Shown here: in pieces, positions 37,046-48,900 of the stretch
Layout of the letters: the number at the start of each line of letters is the position of its first letter
Position numbering within the stretch: position 1 is the stretch's first letter
Assembly (NCBI RefSeq): GCF_036321535.1
Contig: NC_087438.1
Span: 11,410,001 to 11,474,000, forward strand
DNA: 64,000 bases
Reading direction: 5' to 3'
Source of the DNA: Camelus dromedarius
Lineage: Eukaryota
Notes under the pieces: model-generated
Told to the model about the DNA's origin: nothing
Seen by the model: only the letters and a program-made list of their open reading frames with translations
Database searches by the model: none
Made by a program: the position numbers and the translations under genes

Positions 37046-38407
37046 CAAGAATCACTTGGGAAGCTTTTAAAAATATTGATGCTTTCTGGTTTCTGATGAA
37101 GGTGCTGGGTTCTGCTTTCCCTTCGGGGGCTGGTGTAGATCCAAGAGGCTTCAGGAGTACCTAGGGTATTTTGCAAAGGGAGGAGGAGGATAGGTTTAAA
37201 GGAATATATTAAAAGAGAGGTATATTTCATCTCCTCCAGAATTTAACAGAGGGACAGAAGAACTCGGCCTGGCTTCCCTCCAGTCTCTCTCACCTTCCTC
37301 ATGCTCTTAGTTGACTTCATAGGTTGTGCCTTGGGTGGATGGAAGGCAGTGGGGTACGATAGAAGGATGATCAGAAGAAAGAGGGTTTTCTGCAGGAAAT
37401 GAGTGGCTTACACTTTAGAAAATTCTTCAAGGACTTGGAGACATGGCAAGTAGATTGTAATCTGCGAGTGAATTATAAGTAATTTGAAGATTAATTCCAG
37501 GCTTTCAGGGTTGGAGGTTAAATTCTGAGCTGAAACCAGCCCATGCAGCTGTGGAATCTTCCATCTCCAGGCAAAGTTGCTGGGGAAAATAGAGATTTGG
37601 GAGAAAAAGGACCATCTGTGGACGTTAGGTTAAGTGCTCAAATAGACATTACTTGTAGGACATCATGTTGAGTTTATGATGTGATTCCATATTTATATAG
37701 ATGAGAATTTTATTAACAGAATTAATGACACCTACATAAACAGATTCCGTTATAGTTATTGTGTGGGTGGCTTCAGTCCCCCATGATTTGTCAGAAAGCC
37801 AGGTCCTTGGACCTTCTGTGTGGATTATTATTTTAAAAAGATGTGGCTGACAATGAAGGTGGGGTGTTCTATGAGTTGTCTGCCACGATAGCTCAAGGAT
37901 TTGAGTGGTCTTTTCATGCTCACATTGTCCTCATGATCAGGCACTTTTTGGAGCTCATGGGCCATGATTTTGTCTGCATCTGTGGAATCAACCTGCACTC
38001 ACATGAGGCTGAAACTCAGTGCCTTTTAAGGACCAGGCCTGAAAGTCTGGCTAGGCTAAAAGGTCACGTATGAAACTATGTGAAGAGATATGAAGCATGA
38101 TGAACCTTTAAAGATGAACAGCAGCAGGAGTGGAAGAGGATACTCACAAAGAGTTAACTAGTTATAACGGTAATGCTTCTCTTCCTCAGAGATGTTTAAA
38201 AAACAGCAATTTCTTTAGCAGCCATGTGATTAGACCCGCAGGAGTTCAGAAAGAATTACAAATTATCTTAAGGGGAAAATCAACGCTGCAGATGGGCTCA
38301 GCAATGCAGAAATAATAGTAGACTAGAAATGAATGTTATTACTAATTCTCTGTTTGGCTTATTAATTTCCTCTATTACAGGATCTGTCTTTTGCTACCTA
38401 CTGAGAG

Positions 38408-38500
38408 ATGGCTCCAGATAATATTTTGAAAATTATTTTATTATTCAGTGTTATTTACCTTGCCAACTGCAGAGATCTAAACAGCAAGGAATTAGAATGA
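38408..38500 (+). other. Candidate smORF, 30 aa, signal-peptide-like (unverified)
   Basis: gagATGG Kozak; MAPDNILKIILLFSVIYLANCRDLNSKELE*; inside exon-like frame 38381-38581. Confidence 0.15.
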
Positions 38501-40423
38501 CAAAGATAGGTTGTTCATATTTTGCTAATTGCATCTCTTTAATCTCTATGGAACTTAAATATGATTAAATGAACCCGTCAGGTAAATTAACAAGCAACAC
38601 AAAGGAAATTAATCTCTCAGTTACTATTCGTATCAGTCTAACTTGTCTTTGAATACCATATAATAAAGATAGTAGGGACTACGCAAAGTGACTGAGCAAA
38701 AGTCTCCCATTCAAATCCTTATGTGGGTTGCATTCTCTTTTCATAACCAAACTATAATCATGGAATAAGTGGGGAAAATTTTGGGTACTTGGTAAAACAT
38801 CTTTATGTTTCTACAGGGAAAGGGCTACAAATGTGAACATTTGTAGGTGTCATGCGAACCCAGTGACAGCTTTTCTGTAGGAAGGGGACTTTATAATTCG
38901 GGAGGTGGACTTGGCTTTGCTACTAGCTAACCATGTGTAAGAGACAAGCCAATGGGCCTTTCTGAATTGGGAAAAAAAGGTTGTTGAAGTATGCAGTTAG
39001 CTAGGAACTTTGGTCCTTGGAGAAACAAAGGCTCAGAGATAATAAATATTTAAAATCTCTCCTCTTTAACATGAAAGTTTATACATGAACTTAGGCTGAG
39101 AATGTCCTCTCAACTTTTCATTTATCAATTCACAAACTACTTATTAACTATCCTATAGATTGATTTCTGTGTCCCACACTAATACATGAGTTTGCTTCTG
39201 GCAAACCGTGGCACATCACATAATGAGAAATGCTTTCCAAGAAGTATTACCTGAGTTTGATTTTGTAATGATGTATTTTAAAGAATTATTTATTTTAAGG
39301 AAACTGAAACAGAAGGTCCCCTTTATCAAAAATAAGTGGAATTTAGGCTAAAAATATACCTGACTATAAAGCAGAAAGGCTCAAAGATGGACAGAGAATA
39401 ATAGTTTCCTATTTGAAGAAGTAAAGTTAACTTTCTTACCTTGAGGTTCACCTGTGGAGACTGGTGGGGTTTGTACGTTTCAGTTATTTTCTGCTGAAGG
39501 CTCTCTGGAGAATCAGACTCTCTCTAGAAGTAGGACCAGACAGCGATAGTTTTTCTAGCTCCCTGGGTGGTTTTAATATGCAGCCAAGGTCAAGAACTGT
39601 TGCCCTGAACTCTCTCATTCCCAAACAAACTTGCTGTCAGCTATCTGGCTATTCAGATGAAAGCAAACGCAAGTAGAAACATGGATCCCTGCTAATTCAC
39701 CAATAATCAATGATGATTTCTTTGTTGACTCTCTCCATAATTATTTGCATCATAGTAAGGGAACTGTGCAGCCAACAAAGCCCTCCCTTCACAAATTGTA
39801 GTTTCAGGGAGTTCAGGTTTTTGGTTTTTGGTTTTTTTTTTTTTTTTTTTTTAATCCTTTTACCTCCTCGCAGCAATCATACATGAAGAAATATTTTGAC
39901 ACAAACTGTGCTAGCTAATCAAGCAAGGAGCTCAGAATTTATGATGGCCAGAAGAAAACCTGAAGGACCACAACCAGCTTCTCCAGGTTTGGAAGGAGAA
40001 AGAAATCTTCAGTCCTAATCGCCTTATTTTCTAAATTAAAGCTTTCCTAAAAGACACTTGGACCTGGACAGCCTCTGCGTGCACCGTGGCACGAGTGGGA
40101 GGGCGCACATCCCAGGGGAGCTCACTCCACTGTGCACCTAAAGAGGTCTTTCTGGCCTGAGCAGAAAACCCTCTGTCACCCATTAAGCGGCAGGAGACTT
40201 TCAGTGGAGCTGCCTCCTACATGGGAAATCAGCTTTGCGGGGCTGAATTCTTGATGAAGACCACAAAAGCATGAATTCCCAATATAAATCCCCCTTGGGG
40301 TTAATAAGAACAACCTGGGAAGACCAATTTCCTTCGTAATTGTGACATAGGGCCTACCTACTGGCCCGCGTCACTTAAACTCATCAGAACATAGTGTGAA
40401 ATATTTACCCATTTTCAGCTTAC

Positions 40424-40464
40424 CTTTGGGACAGAATCGAAGGGTCTTTACACACATGACTGTT
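40424..40464 (-). other. Candidate 41-nt internal exon (unverified)
   Basis: Minus strand: CACTAAC branch point, TTCTTTTTCGTCTTATTCCCTATAG acceptor, exon ending CAAAG | GTAAGC donor. Confidence 0.35.
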
Positions 40465-42416
40465 CTATAGGGAATAAGACGAAAAAGAAGTTAGTGGAGC
40501 TGGGGTTCGTAATGAGATAATAATACACAGAAGAGATCTCCATGGGCATCTGACTCGTCTAAGATGTGATCCCATGAGGCAGGACACGTCTGCTCTCGAT
40601 GACCAGGAATGAAACCAGCTCCCCTGTTCTTCACAGACAGCCACGACTGCTACAAGACCCCACATTTCAGACCTGGCAGGAGTCACTGTACAGAACCAGA
40701 GCTACATCTGTGCTCTGAGGACAGGGATATTGCAGTGAAGTCAAATGAGCTTTCATGCAATTAGCGCAATCTCTTCTCAATCGATTCTCTTTAAAAGAAA
40801 AACTTAGTGTCTGGGCATAGAATGGGCTCCTTCTCCTTGGTCGAACCCCCTAAGGCTAAGCTGAGGTGAAACTGTTGAATTTGCAGGCTAGAAATAACTC
40901 AAGTGTGGAATCACAAGGCCTGACCATTCTTCCAAAGCCTAATAGAGCTCCAGTCTCCAAAATTCAGGTTGAAAAAAATAATATAGCACATTTTATTTTA
41001 TTAAGCTATGTTTTATTAATTAAATGTGTTCTCTCATATATCTGTCTAGTTGTTTTAAAAAATCAATTAATTAAGGCCTAGCCAGCTTTCTCTTAGTCTC
41101 AAGACACATTATCATGAATAATCTCATCTTTCAAGATGGTAGCCAATTCTCAACAGTTGAAAAATTCTTCAGTGTAATTAAAACTACCCTTTCCATATTT
41201 ATCATTCATGTTAGTGTGTACAAGGGTACAAGCATTTGAGCTAAGATAGGAGATATGGACATATTTTTATCTGCATTTTCACTGTTGGCATAATTACTGT
41301 CTGGGTATAGATGCTGGCTGAGAGCATTGTGACAAGGCAGGGAATTCACAAGAATACGCATTACCAAGCACTTTATCCTTAATGGGGCAGTTTTAAGGTT
41401 TCATTTGTTTTTGTTTCATCTTTGGTTTTTCCCAGAAAGGAAAGTACTACCAATTTCCCTCACTTTTCTTGAAAATAGATCGTGAGATACTCAATGGTTT
41501 TTAAACCCATGTATAGAAAAGCTGTTCTTCAGCAAACAAGTTTTCCCACATGTTGGCTTCTCATCACAACAAGTTGTTTGCGTAACAATTTTGAGTGTTG
41601 TAAGAAGTGGATCTTATAACCCTAAATTGGGCATTGTGAACTCATCACTTTACAGGTGGTGAGACAGGCATTCTTCTTGTTAGAAAGATTTTGGCAGCAA
41701 GTCCATGATGTGGTCTTGATCCTGTTCCCTTAAGTTGTGGATTGAATTGCCACTTCCTTTGGTCATTTAGCTTCCTTGAACATCTGGAGATAATTTTTCA
41801 GTGGTGGCAGAGAACAAGAGTATGTGGCTGGGACCTTATAACTAATTAAATCCCAAGACTCACCTTTTCTTGAGAAACTATTTCAAGTAAAGATAATCTG
41901 TTTATAAATATCAAACTCTCCTCCCAAATGTATAACACAGATTCAAGCATAGTTAACCACTAATACATGCTTCTTGAATTCATTTTGTACTAAAAATAAG
42001 GAGTAATCACTCAACGAACTAACTGCATTTATCTTGTGTATCTATTATTTTGATGCTGAAATGAACAAAGAAAACTGGACAAAGAGGGAAAAACACAATT
42101 TCCCTACAAATGAATTCAATGTAGATAGTTAAAAATATTAAATACAAGATGTTAGTGAAGAAAAAACAGTTTTCTGAGTCAGGAATTCAGCTGATACAAA
42201 GTCTTGTTTTACTGGGAATGTTTTTTTTACTGTTTGAATTACAGTGACCCTAACAGATTCTTTAGAAAGGGAAGAGTGGTGGAATTCAAAATAAAACCTT
42301 CCGTCTTCCAAAAAGAGTGGAAGAAAACTTTTTTATAAATTTTGTATGTGGGTGTTTACCATTTTTAAAACTATTCAGAGTCTACCAATGAATGATGGAG
42401 AATGCTTTTAGAATGG

Positions 42417-42973
42417 TGTGATGGCTACCTATTGCTGTGTAACAAATTATCCCAAAGTTGGTGGCTGAGAACAATAGCATTTATTATTTCCCAGTGTCTG
42501 TCAGTCGGGAATAAGGCACAGCTTAGCCGTGCTCTCTGGCACTTCTTACTTCACAAGACGGCAATCAGGTGTCTGCTCCAGCCATCTCAAGTCTTGCTGA
42601 GGAAGCACGCCATGTTCCCTCACATGGTTGTTGGCAGGATTTAGTTCCTTGCAATTTTGTGAACTGAGGATGGCAGCTCCTCACCAGCTATTAGCTAGAG
42701 GCCTCCCTTATTTTCTTGCCACATGGGCTCTCCTTAGGGTAGCTCACATGTGACATCTTGCGTGATCAGTGAGACAGAGAGAATGCTGTTAAGAGGATGG
42801 TCACAGTCCTTTGTAACCTGATCGCAGAAGTGATGTCTTATCACTTTTTCTAAGTTTTATTTTTTAGAAGCATGTATCTAGGTCCTGTCCATACTCAAGG
42901 AGAGGTGATCACACAAGTAAGTAAATACGAAGAGGGAGATCACTGAGACCCATGTCAGAAAGCCCTTACTGTA
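42417..42973 (-). mobile_element. MLT1 (F/G/H-like) solo LTR
   Basis: ctattgctgtgtaacaaattatcccaaag...cacatggttgttggcaggatttagttccttg...cagaagtgatgtcttatcact...catactcaaggagagg. Confidence 0.8.
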
Positions 42974-45900
42974 AACAATGATGGCTTTCACTTTAATGGT
43001 GGCAAAATGAAAGGTGGAAGATCAAAGAGATGTTCCCACCGTGACGTTCCTCCAAAATGTTAAAAATATACAAACCATTGTCTTTCTGGGACCTGATTCA
43101 ATTTCAGTGACCATAGGTACGGCCAGAACTGGGCAAGTTAACAATCCCTATTATCGCTTAGTCATACTTCTTCAAATGACATTTTCTTATTTAAAATGTG
43201 TGTAAGTAAATTACAAAACAAGAGCAAGAAGAGAGAAGGAAATCAAACTCAGGCTGGAATAGTCTGCCCTACGTGCAGCCCGGATGTGGTGTGCCTGTTC
43301 CTGTTCCTACTAACCAGCTGAAAGAACTGTCAAGAAGTCACCTCGAGCTCTGTATGTGTTTGTGTGTGCACTTACACATGTGCTCCCACGTGCACGCGTG
43401 TGTGGGGGCATCCCTCTTTTTACAATGAGAACACACCCACGGGAAAGGATCCGCGTCCCGGTGGGTGGCCTTGTCTATTTACCTTGCTCCTTTCTCACTG
43501 CGGCCATAAAACTGGGCAGAGCGACTTTCCCAAGTTATTAGCTGCTGCCTAAATGAGTCTTGTCTCCAAAAAGCATTTACTTTCTCTGAAGTGTGCTATT
43601 TTCTTTTTTCTCCAAACAGCCATCCCAGTGGATATTACTTAGTCCATCTCCCGAGTTATATTTTGTCTTTAAATGGGGGCTAATTTCAGTTACCCCTCCT
43701 CTCCCCTTCATTATGCTGGTTTATGGGTAACCATCCTGCCAGTAGGGCTTGTCACCCCATAAACCAAGGGTCCTCCACTTCCTTAATTAGCAGGGTACAA
43801 ATAGTGTCCCAGAGCCAAGAAGAAAGTCCTCTTCTAACAAAATCTAACAAAGCTTTGGAAGCTGTGTGTAAGTCTGTCCGAATGTGTACGCGTGCCTGTG
43901 TGGCCCAAAGTCTCACGAGTGCATTTTTCCAAGAATCACAGCCCACAAAGCAACGTTGCTGATCTAACCGTTACACTCTCCCCAGAATGATTTAAAGTGT
44001 CGTGAAGATTTCTTTGCATCGAACAAGTTCGCTGTGCTCACCTTCAATTAAAAGGCCCAACTGTGCTTTGTTTGGCTTTAGGGCTGGAAAGAGGAAAGAG
44101 AAAAAGCTTCACAATTCAAAAGACAGATAAATTGCTCTTTCTAAACAAAGACTCATTGCGTTTATAAACGTGGCTCTCCCATAATTTTTAAAAATCGTTT
44201 ATATGTGGGATAGAGCCTTATAAACAGTACAGCCTGGTCAAGGCTCTGGTTTTGTCCAATTAAAGGACTGGATCCGACAAGACCACCAATTGTTCCGTTG
44301 TGTTTTGGAAGTTTGATCCAAGTTTACATTTCCAGCCAGTGTTTCACCCTTTATGTTTATGACAGCACAAAAGAGCAAGCTCTGGGAATTTCTCAAGGGG
44401 AAGTCACGCTGTGTGTGTTGTCACTGAGGAGGAGAGAGCAGGAGGAAAACAGAGCCACATGTGGAAGGGACGGCAGGAGCGTGGATATCCCTTCTGGGCT
44501 TGACAGATTGGATTCTCCTCTATCTCAAAAGCAAAAGTGTTTTCAGTGTTTGGACATGCGCAGGATTGCTAAATGGAGGTTTAAGTCTGAGAAGGCACCA
44601 CAGCATTAGCCCTTTGCACAGCTGTTGCTGGAAGTGACGCCATACCATCCCAGTGTGTCTAGCAAATATAAATATTGACCGTGTGCATGTCTACGCTTTG
44701 TTTAGGGTTGTCCCTGAGGATAGTGAGCTAATAAGTGCTTTACTAAACACAACTGTGATACTAACTCTGCCACCCGTGATGGTTTCATGCATAAAATAGC
44801 TCTTTTGTGGGATTTAGAAAGTATCACATGTGGTTATTTTGATAAACTCAAGAGGAGGGACTATGTGTGAGTGTCTGTGAAACTATTTTAAATACATAGA
44901 TGCTTTCTCAGTGGAGAGAGGAGGAAATGCCAGTGTTCAAATGCCAGTGTTAAGTTATTCTGGGATTCTTTGTCCCCTGGTGGCTGCCATGTTCTGGCCA
45001 TCTACTGGGTCTTCCAGGCACATGGACACCAGACTCTACAGTTGAGCCTCTTCATGTTTGATGTCATAATGGCCTGACAAAATCCCATGGCTGGACAACC
45101 TGAGAGGCCAATTTAAGGAACTTTTCTTAAAGTACATTCCTAGTAACTAAAACTAAGTTATATTGTGTTATCATTGAGGAACTTAAGAGCTTCCAAATTC
45201 TGATAAAGTGATTCTTGTGACTCACCTTAAATTCCACCTCAAATGCTAATATGAATGCCTTCCAGAAGCCACTGAGTTCTTTTCCCCATGGTTTTCATCT
45301 TTATGTAGAGACATTTTAAAACTATTAAGTTCTTGAGAGAACCACTTGGTCAGATTTAGCAAAATTCTTCTAAGGAGATGAAGTCCAAGACAAATAACCT
45401 TCTGCACCTTACTCCCAGTGCCCATTCTGCTACCTGGGGTGCTAACTTTTATTTCGTGAAAAGTGGCAAATTTGGTCTTTACCTTCCTAAAGCCTGTAGC
45501 AGTGTTCAGGCAATACCAAAGCTCCTTATACTAAATTTAGAGTTTCTTCTTTTTTTATGCCTATGAGAGTACCTGGACTGATCTCTCTACATCTTGAATA
45601 GTCATGACAAATCCAGTGGGACAAACAGGCAAAAAAGAACAATGAGAAAAAGGGGACATGAATGCCCTCCCAGAGACAATGGATGCTGTTAAGCACTATG
45701 TCATTCACCAGCCGCTGGCTATAAGCCAATGAAAACACTGCACTTTGGGTCTCAGTGGTTGAAGATTAACAAACCAAGAGTTTATTCAGAGTAGCATCCT
45801 TCCTTCTTGATGTACCCCTAAACAGCCCTCCCTGGGATGAAGATAAGATTCCTTCTGTGGTTTATCAGGAGGCTTACACATAACTTCCGATTGCCTCCCT

Positions 45901-46097
45901 CACTGAAAAGCAAAAGCTCCTGTTTCTTAGAAAACTAATGAAAGCAAGAGAGGGTTTTCTTGATGAGCCAAAGTGAAGGAATACAGGAGGACCGGTGGTG
46001 CTCTTCAAGTTAATGCAGCAGAAGCTACTGCGTATGACTAGAATCAGCTGAAACTTGCATTAAAGATATGCCAAGGATGCACAGTGATTTCCCCGAA

Positions 46098-46262
46098 TCA
46101 GCGGTTCTCCAGCTCATTCCCATATTCGAACACACAGGAGCTTTGAAAACCTCCAGTGCTCATGATGTACCTCATACCAATTAGATCATAATCTCAGGAG
46201 GTCGGATCCAGGCATCAGTGTGGTAATTTCAACGTGCAGCCAGCTCTGAGAATCGGAGCACT
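46098..46262. mobile_element. MER5-like hAT-Charlie relic
   Basis: cagcggttctcc...ggagctttgaaaa...ccaattagatcataatctc...ccaggcatcagtg...gtgcagccagctctgagaatc. Confidence 0.7.
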
Positions 46263-46460
46263 AAATTGAGTGTTTTGAGCATCTGCAGGTCCACAGCTTG
46301 GAGCGTCTCAATCTCCAGCATCCATTTCTTTCCTTCCACAAATGTGATTATTTGGCAGCCACTCTCAAATAAAAACCAAGGGGAAGACTTATGAAGTCAA
46401 ACAACAAACAAACAAAAATTCAGCAAAGTACCATAATCAATCATAATCAGTCAGGCCAAT

Positions 46461-46792
46461 TGGAATCTAAAAAAAAGACACAAATGAACTTACAGAACAG
46501 AAACAGACTCACAGATACAGAAAACAAATTTATGGTTACAAGAGGGGAAAGGGTAGGGGAGGGATAAATTAGGAGTTTGGGATTAGCAGATATGAACTAC
46601 TGTATACAAAATAGATAAACAACAAGGTCCTACTGTGTAACACATGGAATTATATTCAATATCTTGTAATAACCTATAATGAAAAAGAATATAAAAATGA
46701 ATATATATATATGTATAACTGAATCACTTTGCTGTACACCTGAAACTAACACAACAACCTTATAAATCAACTATTCTTCAATTTAAAAAAAA
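46461..46792 (+). mobile_element. L1 3' UTR with A-rich tail
   Basis: tggaatctaaaaaaaagacacaaatgaact...acagactcacaga...aaatagataaacaacaaggtcctactg...tcaactattcttcaatttaaaaaaaa. Confidence 0.9.
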
Positions 46793-47624
46793 GAAGTGAA
46801 ATGGGAGGCAATGGACCATTCATAACCTAAGGTAGATTTCTCATAGTGCTGACTTTATAAGGGACAAAAATTCCTGGGAACAGCACTTTCCATACTCTCT
46901 TTTCAAGTAAGAGCACAACATTGATGGAACTCAACCTTGATAGCTTCTAAAGATGGTCTGAAAATAGAAATCAATGTGAGACTCCAACAAGAAGTTTGGT
47001 TTACTAGCCTTACCTTTCAATATGTGAACTCTATATACTACAGACAAATCCAGAAGGAAATCGAGGATTTATTAATTAATTTCTGGTAATAAATTTGATG
47101 ATTATATTTTAGATAATATAAAATGACTTGAATAATGATTACTCAACAGGATAATCTACACAAATAGAAGGATCTAAAAAATGCTAAAATCTATCATCTG
47201 TGCAGAGAGAATAGCCATATTATTCATAGTATTTTCTCTACATAATTTATGCTTTCTTCTTGTATTGTTGTTGTTATAATTTATTGCCATTTGGATTCCT
47301 CAACTAATTTTGAAGTCGTTTTGAAAGATAACACCAACACTGCCAAATCCATCACTTCCTAATTCTACCGTATGTCAGATATGTCAGGAAAGTAGAATCT
47401 TTAAGTGTCTCCCAAGATTTTGCTCAGGTCAAGGATGTACCCATTACTTTTACTATCAGCCTAACCTAGGAACAGTAGATTTCCAATGGTTTTATATTCT
47501 ACCCCCCGCTTAAGTTCTCCGTACAGATCAGAGTAGTTTCTGTTGATATTAAGTCACGGCCTTTACCATTTAAAGTCTTGGGAAGAAAAAGAAATCCCAA
47601 ATATAATTTCCTATATTTTAGAAT

Positions 47625-47830
47625 CCATAAACTCAACAAATATTTATTAACCACATACTTTGTGCAAGCTAGACTCTATTGTAGGAGCTGGAGACATATG
47701 CAGAAACAAGAGAAAGACACAGTTCTTTGAGCTTACAATCTAACAGAGGGAGGTATACAATTTTAAAAAACTAATGTATATCAGGAGGTGGGAAGTGCCA
47801 TGGAGGTAAAGTGTGATAAGGAAGTGAGAG
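47625..47830 (-). mobile_element. L2 relic
   Basis: caacaaatatttattaaccacatactttgtgcaag...gagctggagaca...gagcttacaatctaa. Confidence 0.7.
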
Positions 47831-47842
47831 GATTTTTGTTTC

Positions 47843-48232
47843 AAAGAGTTTATTGTGGATGAGTTCATTTGTGTCTTCTTTTTTCTTTTTTTAAGATTCC
47901 ATATAGAAGTAATATCATATGGTATTTTTCTCTTTCTGGCTCACTTCACTTAGAATGATGATCTCCAGGTCCATCCACGTTGCTGCAAATGGCATTATTT
48001 TATTCCTTTTTATGGCTGAGTAGTATTCTATTGTATAAATACACCACAACTTCTTTATCCAGTCATCTGTCGATGAACATTTAGGTTGTTTCCATGTCTT
48101 GGTTATTGTAAATAGTGTATATACATTTATGACTGGGACATTATGCTGTACGCCAGCAATTGACACATTGTAACTGACTATACTTCAACAAAAAATCAAT
48201 TAAAAATAAAGAAATAAAGAGGTTATTGTGGA
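47843..48232 (+). mobile_element. 5'-inverted (twin-primed) L1 insertion with 17-bp TSD
   Basis: TSD AAAGAGTTTATTGTGGA (47843-47859) / AAAGAGGTTATTGTGGA (48216-48232); 47860-48117 is antisense ORF2 end ([19 protein letters not shown]...), 48118-48215 is sense 3' tip plus A-rich tail. Confidence 0.9.
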
Positions 48233-48654
48233 AGGCTTCACTTGGGAGGTAGCCTATGAGCAGAAATGGATGGTACAAGGAGTAATGGAGAAGGTTGAAT
48301 AAAGCTGCTATTTGCACAGATACAGGTAAGATTACGGGGAAGGTATGGTGAGCATCTCAGGGACCAGCTACAGAGGGAAGCCATTATCACCCACAGTCCT
48401 GAGGGGCAGAGGAAGGGAGTGATGATGTTGGAACCTGGCAAGGGCTATAGTCCCTGGAGAGGGGCTTCTTGTCAGCCAAGAGGGCTACGGGAAAGGAACT
48501 CAGCCACTGCCCAGAGCCCCCGGCAAGGAGGGGATAGAGGGTTGTGGGAGACCAGCTCCCCCTGCCTTTCCTGCACCCGCCTTCCACATTTATTACATAG
48601 CTACTGTGTGCAAGGCATGCATTCACAAAGTTCCTAGGCTCAAGGAAAGGAGGG

Positions 48655-48900
48655 AGGACATTTTTATTGAGCACCTGTTATGTGCCAGACTCCTCACTAA
48701 GTATTTAACCTAGGTTTGCTTGTTCTCCATTTTATTTTCATAGTAATGCTATGAGGTATAACTATTTTCTTCATTTTATGGATTAGGAAATGGAAGCTCA
48801 GAGAATTAAATGTACTTTGTGCAGGGTCCCTCAACTGGGGAAGGGCGGGGTGAAAATCAGTTCATCTGATGCCAAATCAGTGCTCTCCCTCTAACCACTG
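48655..48900 (-). mobile_element. MIR
   Basis: tttattgagcacctgttatgtgccag...cattttatggattaggaaatggaagctcagagaattaa. Confidence 0.8.

Noticed and set aside
44925..44951. Short tandem duplication AAATGCCAGTGTT x2 (similar cases near 25110 and 7926)
   Set aside because: Ordinary slippage duplications with no further structure
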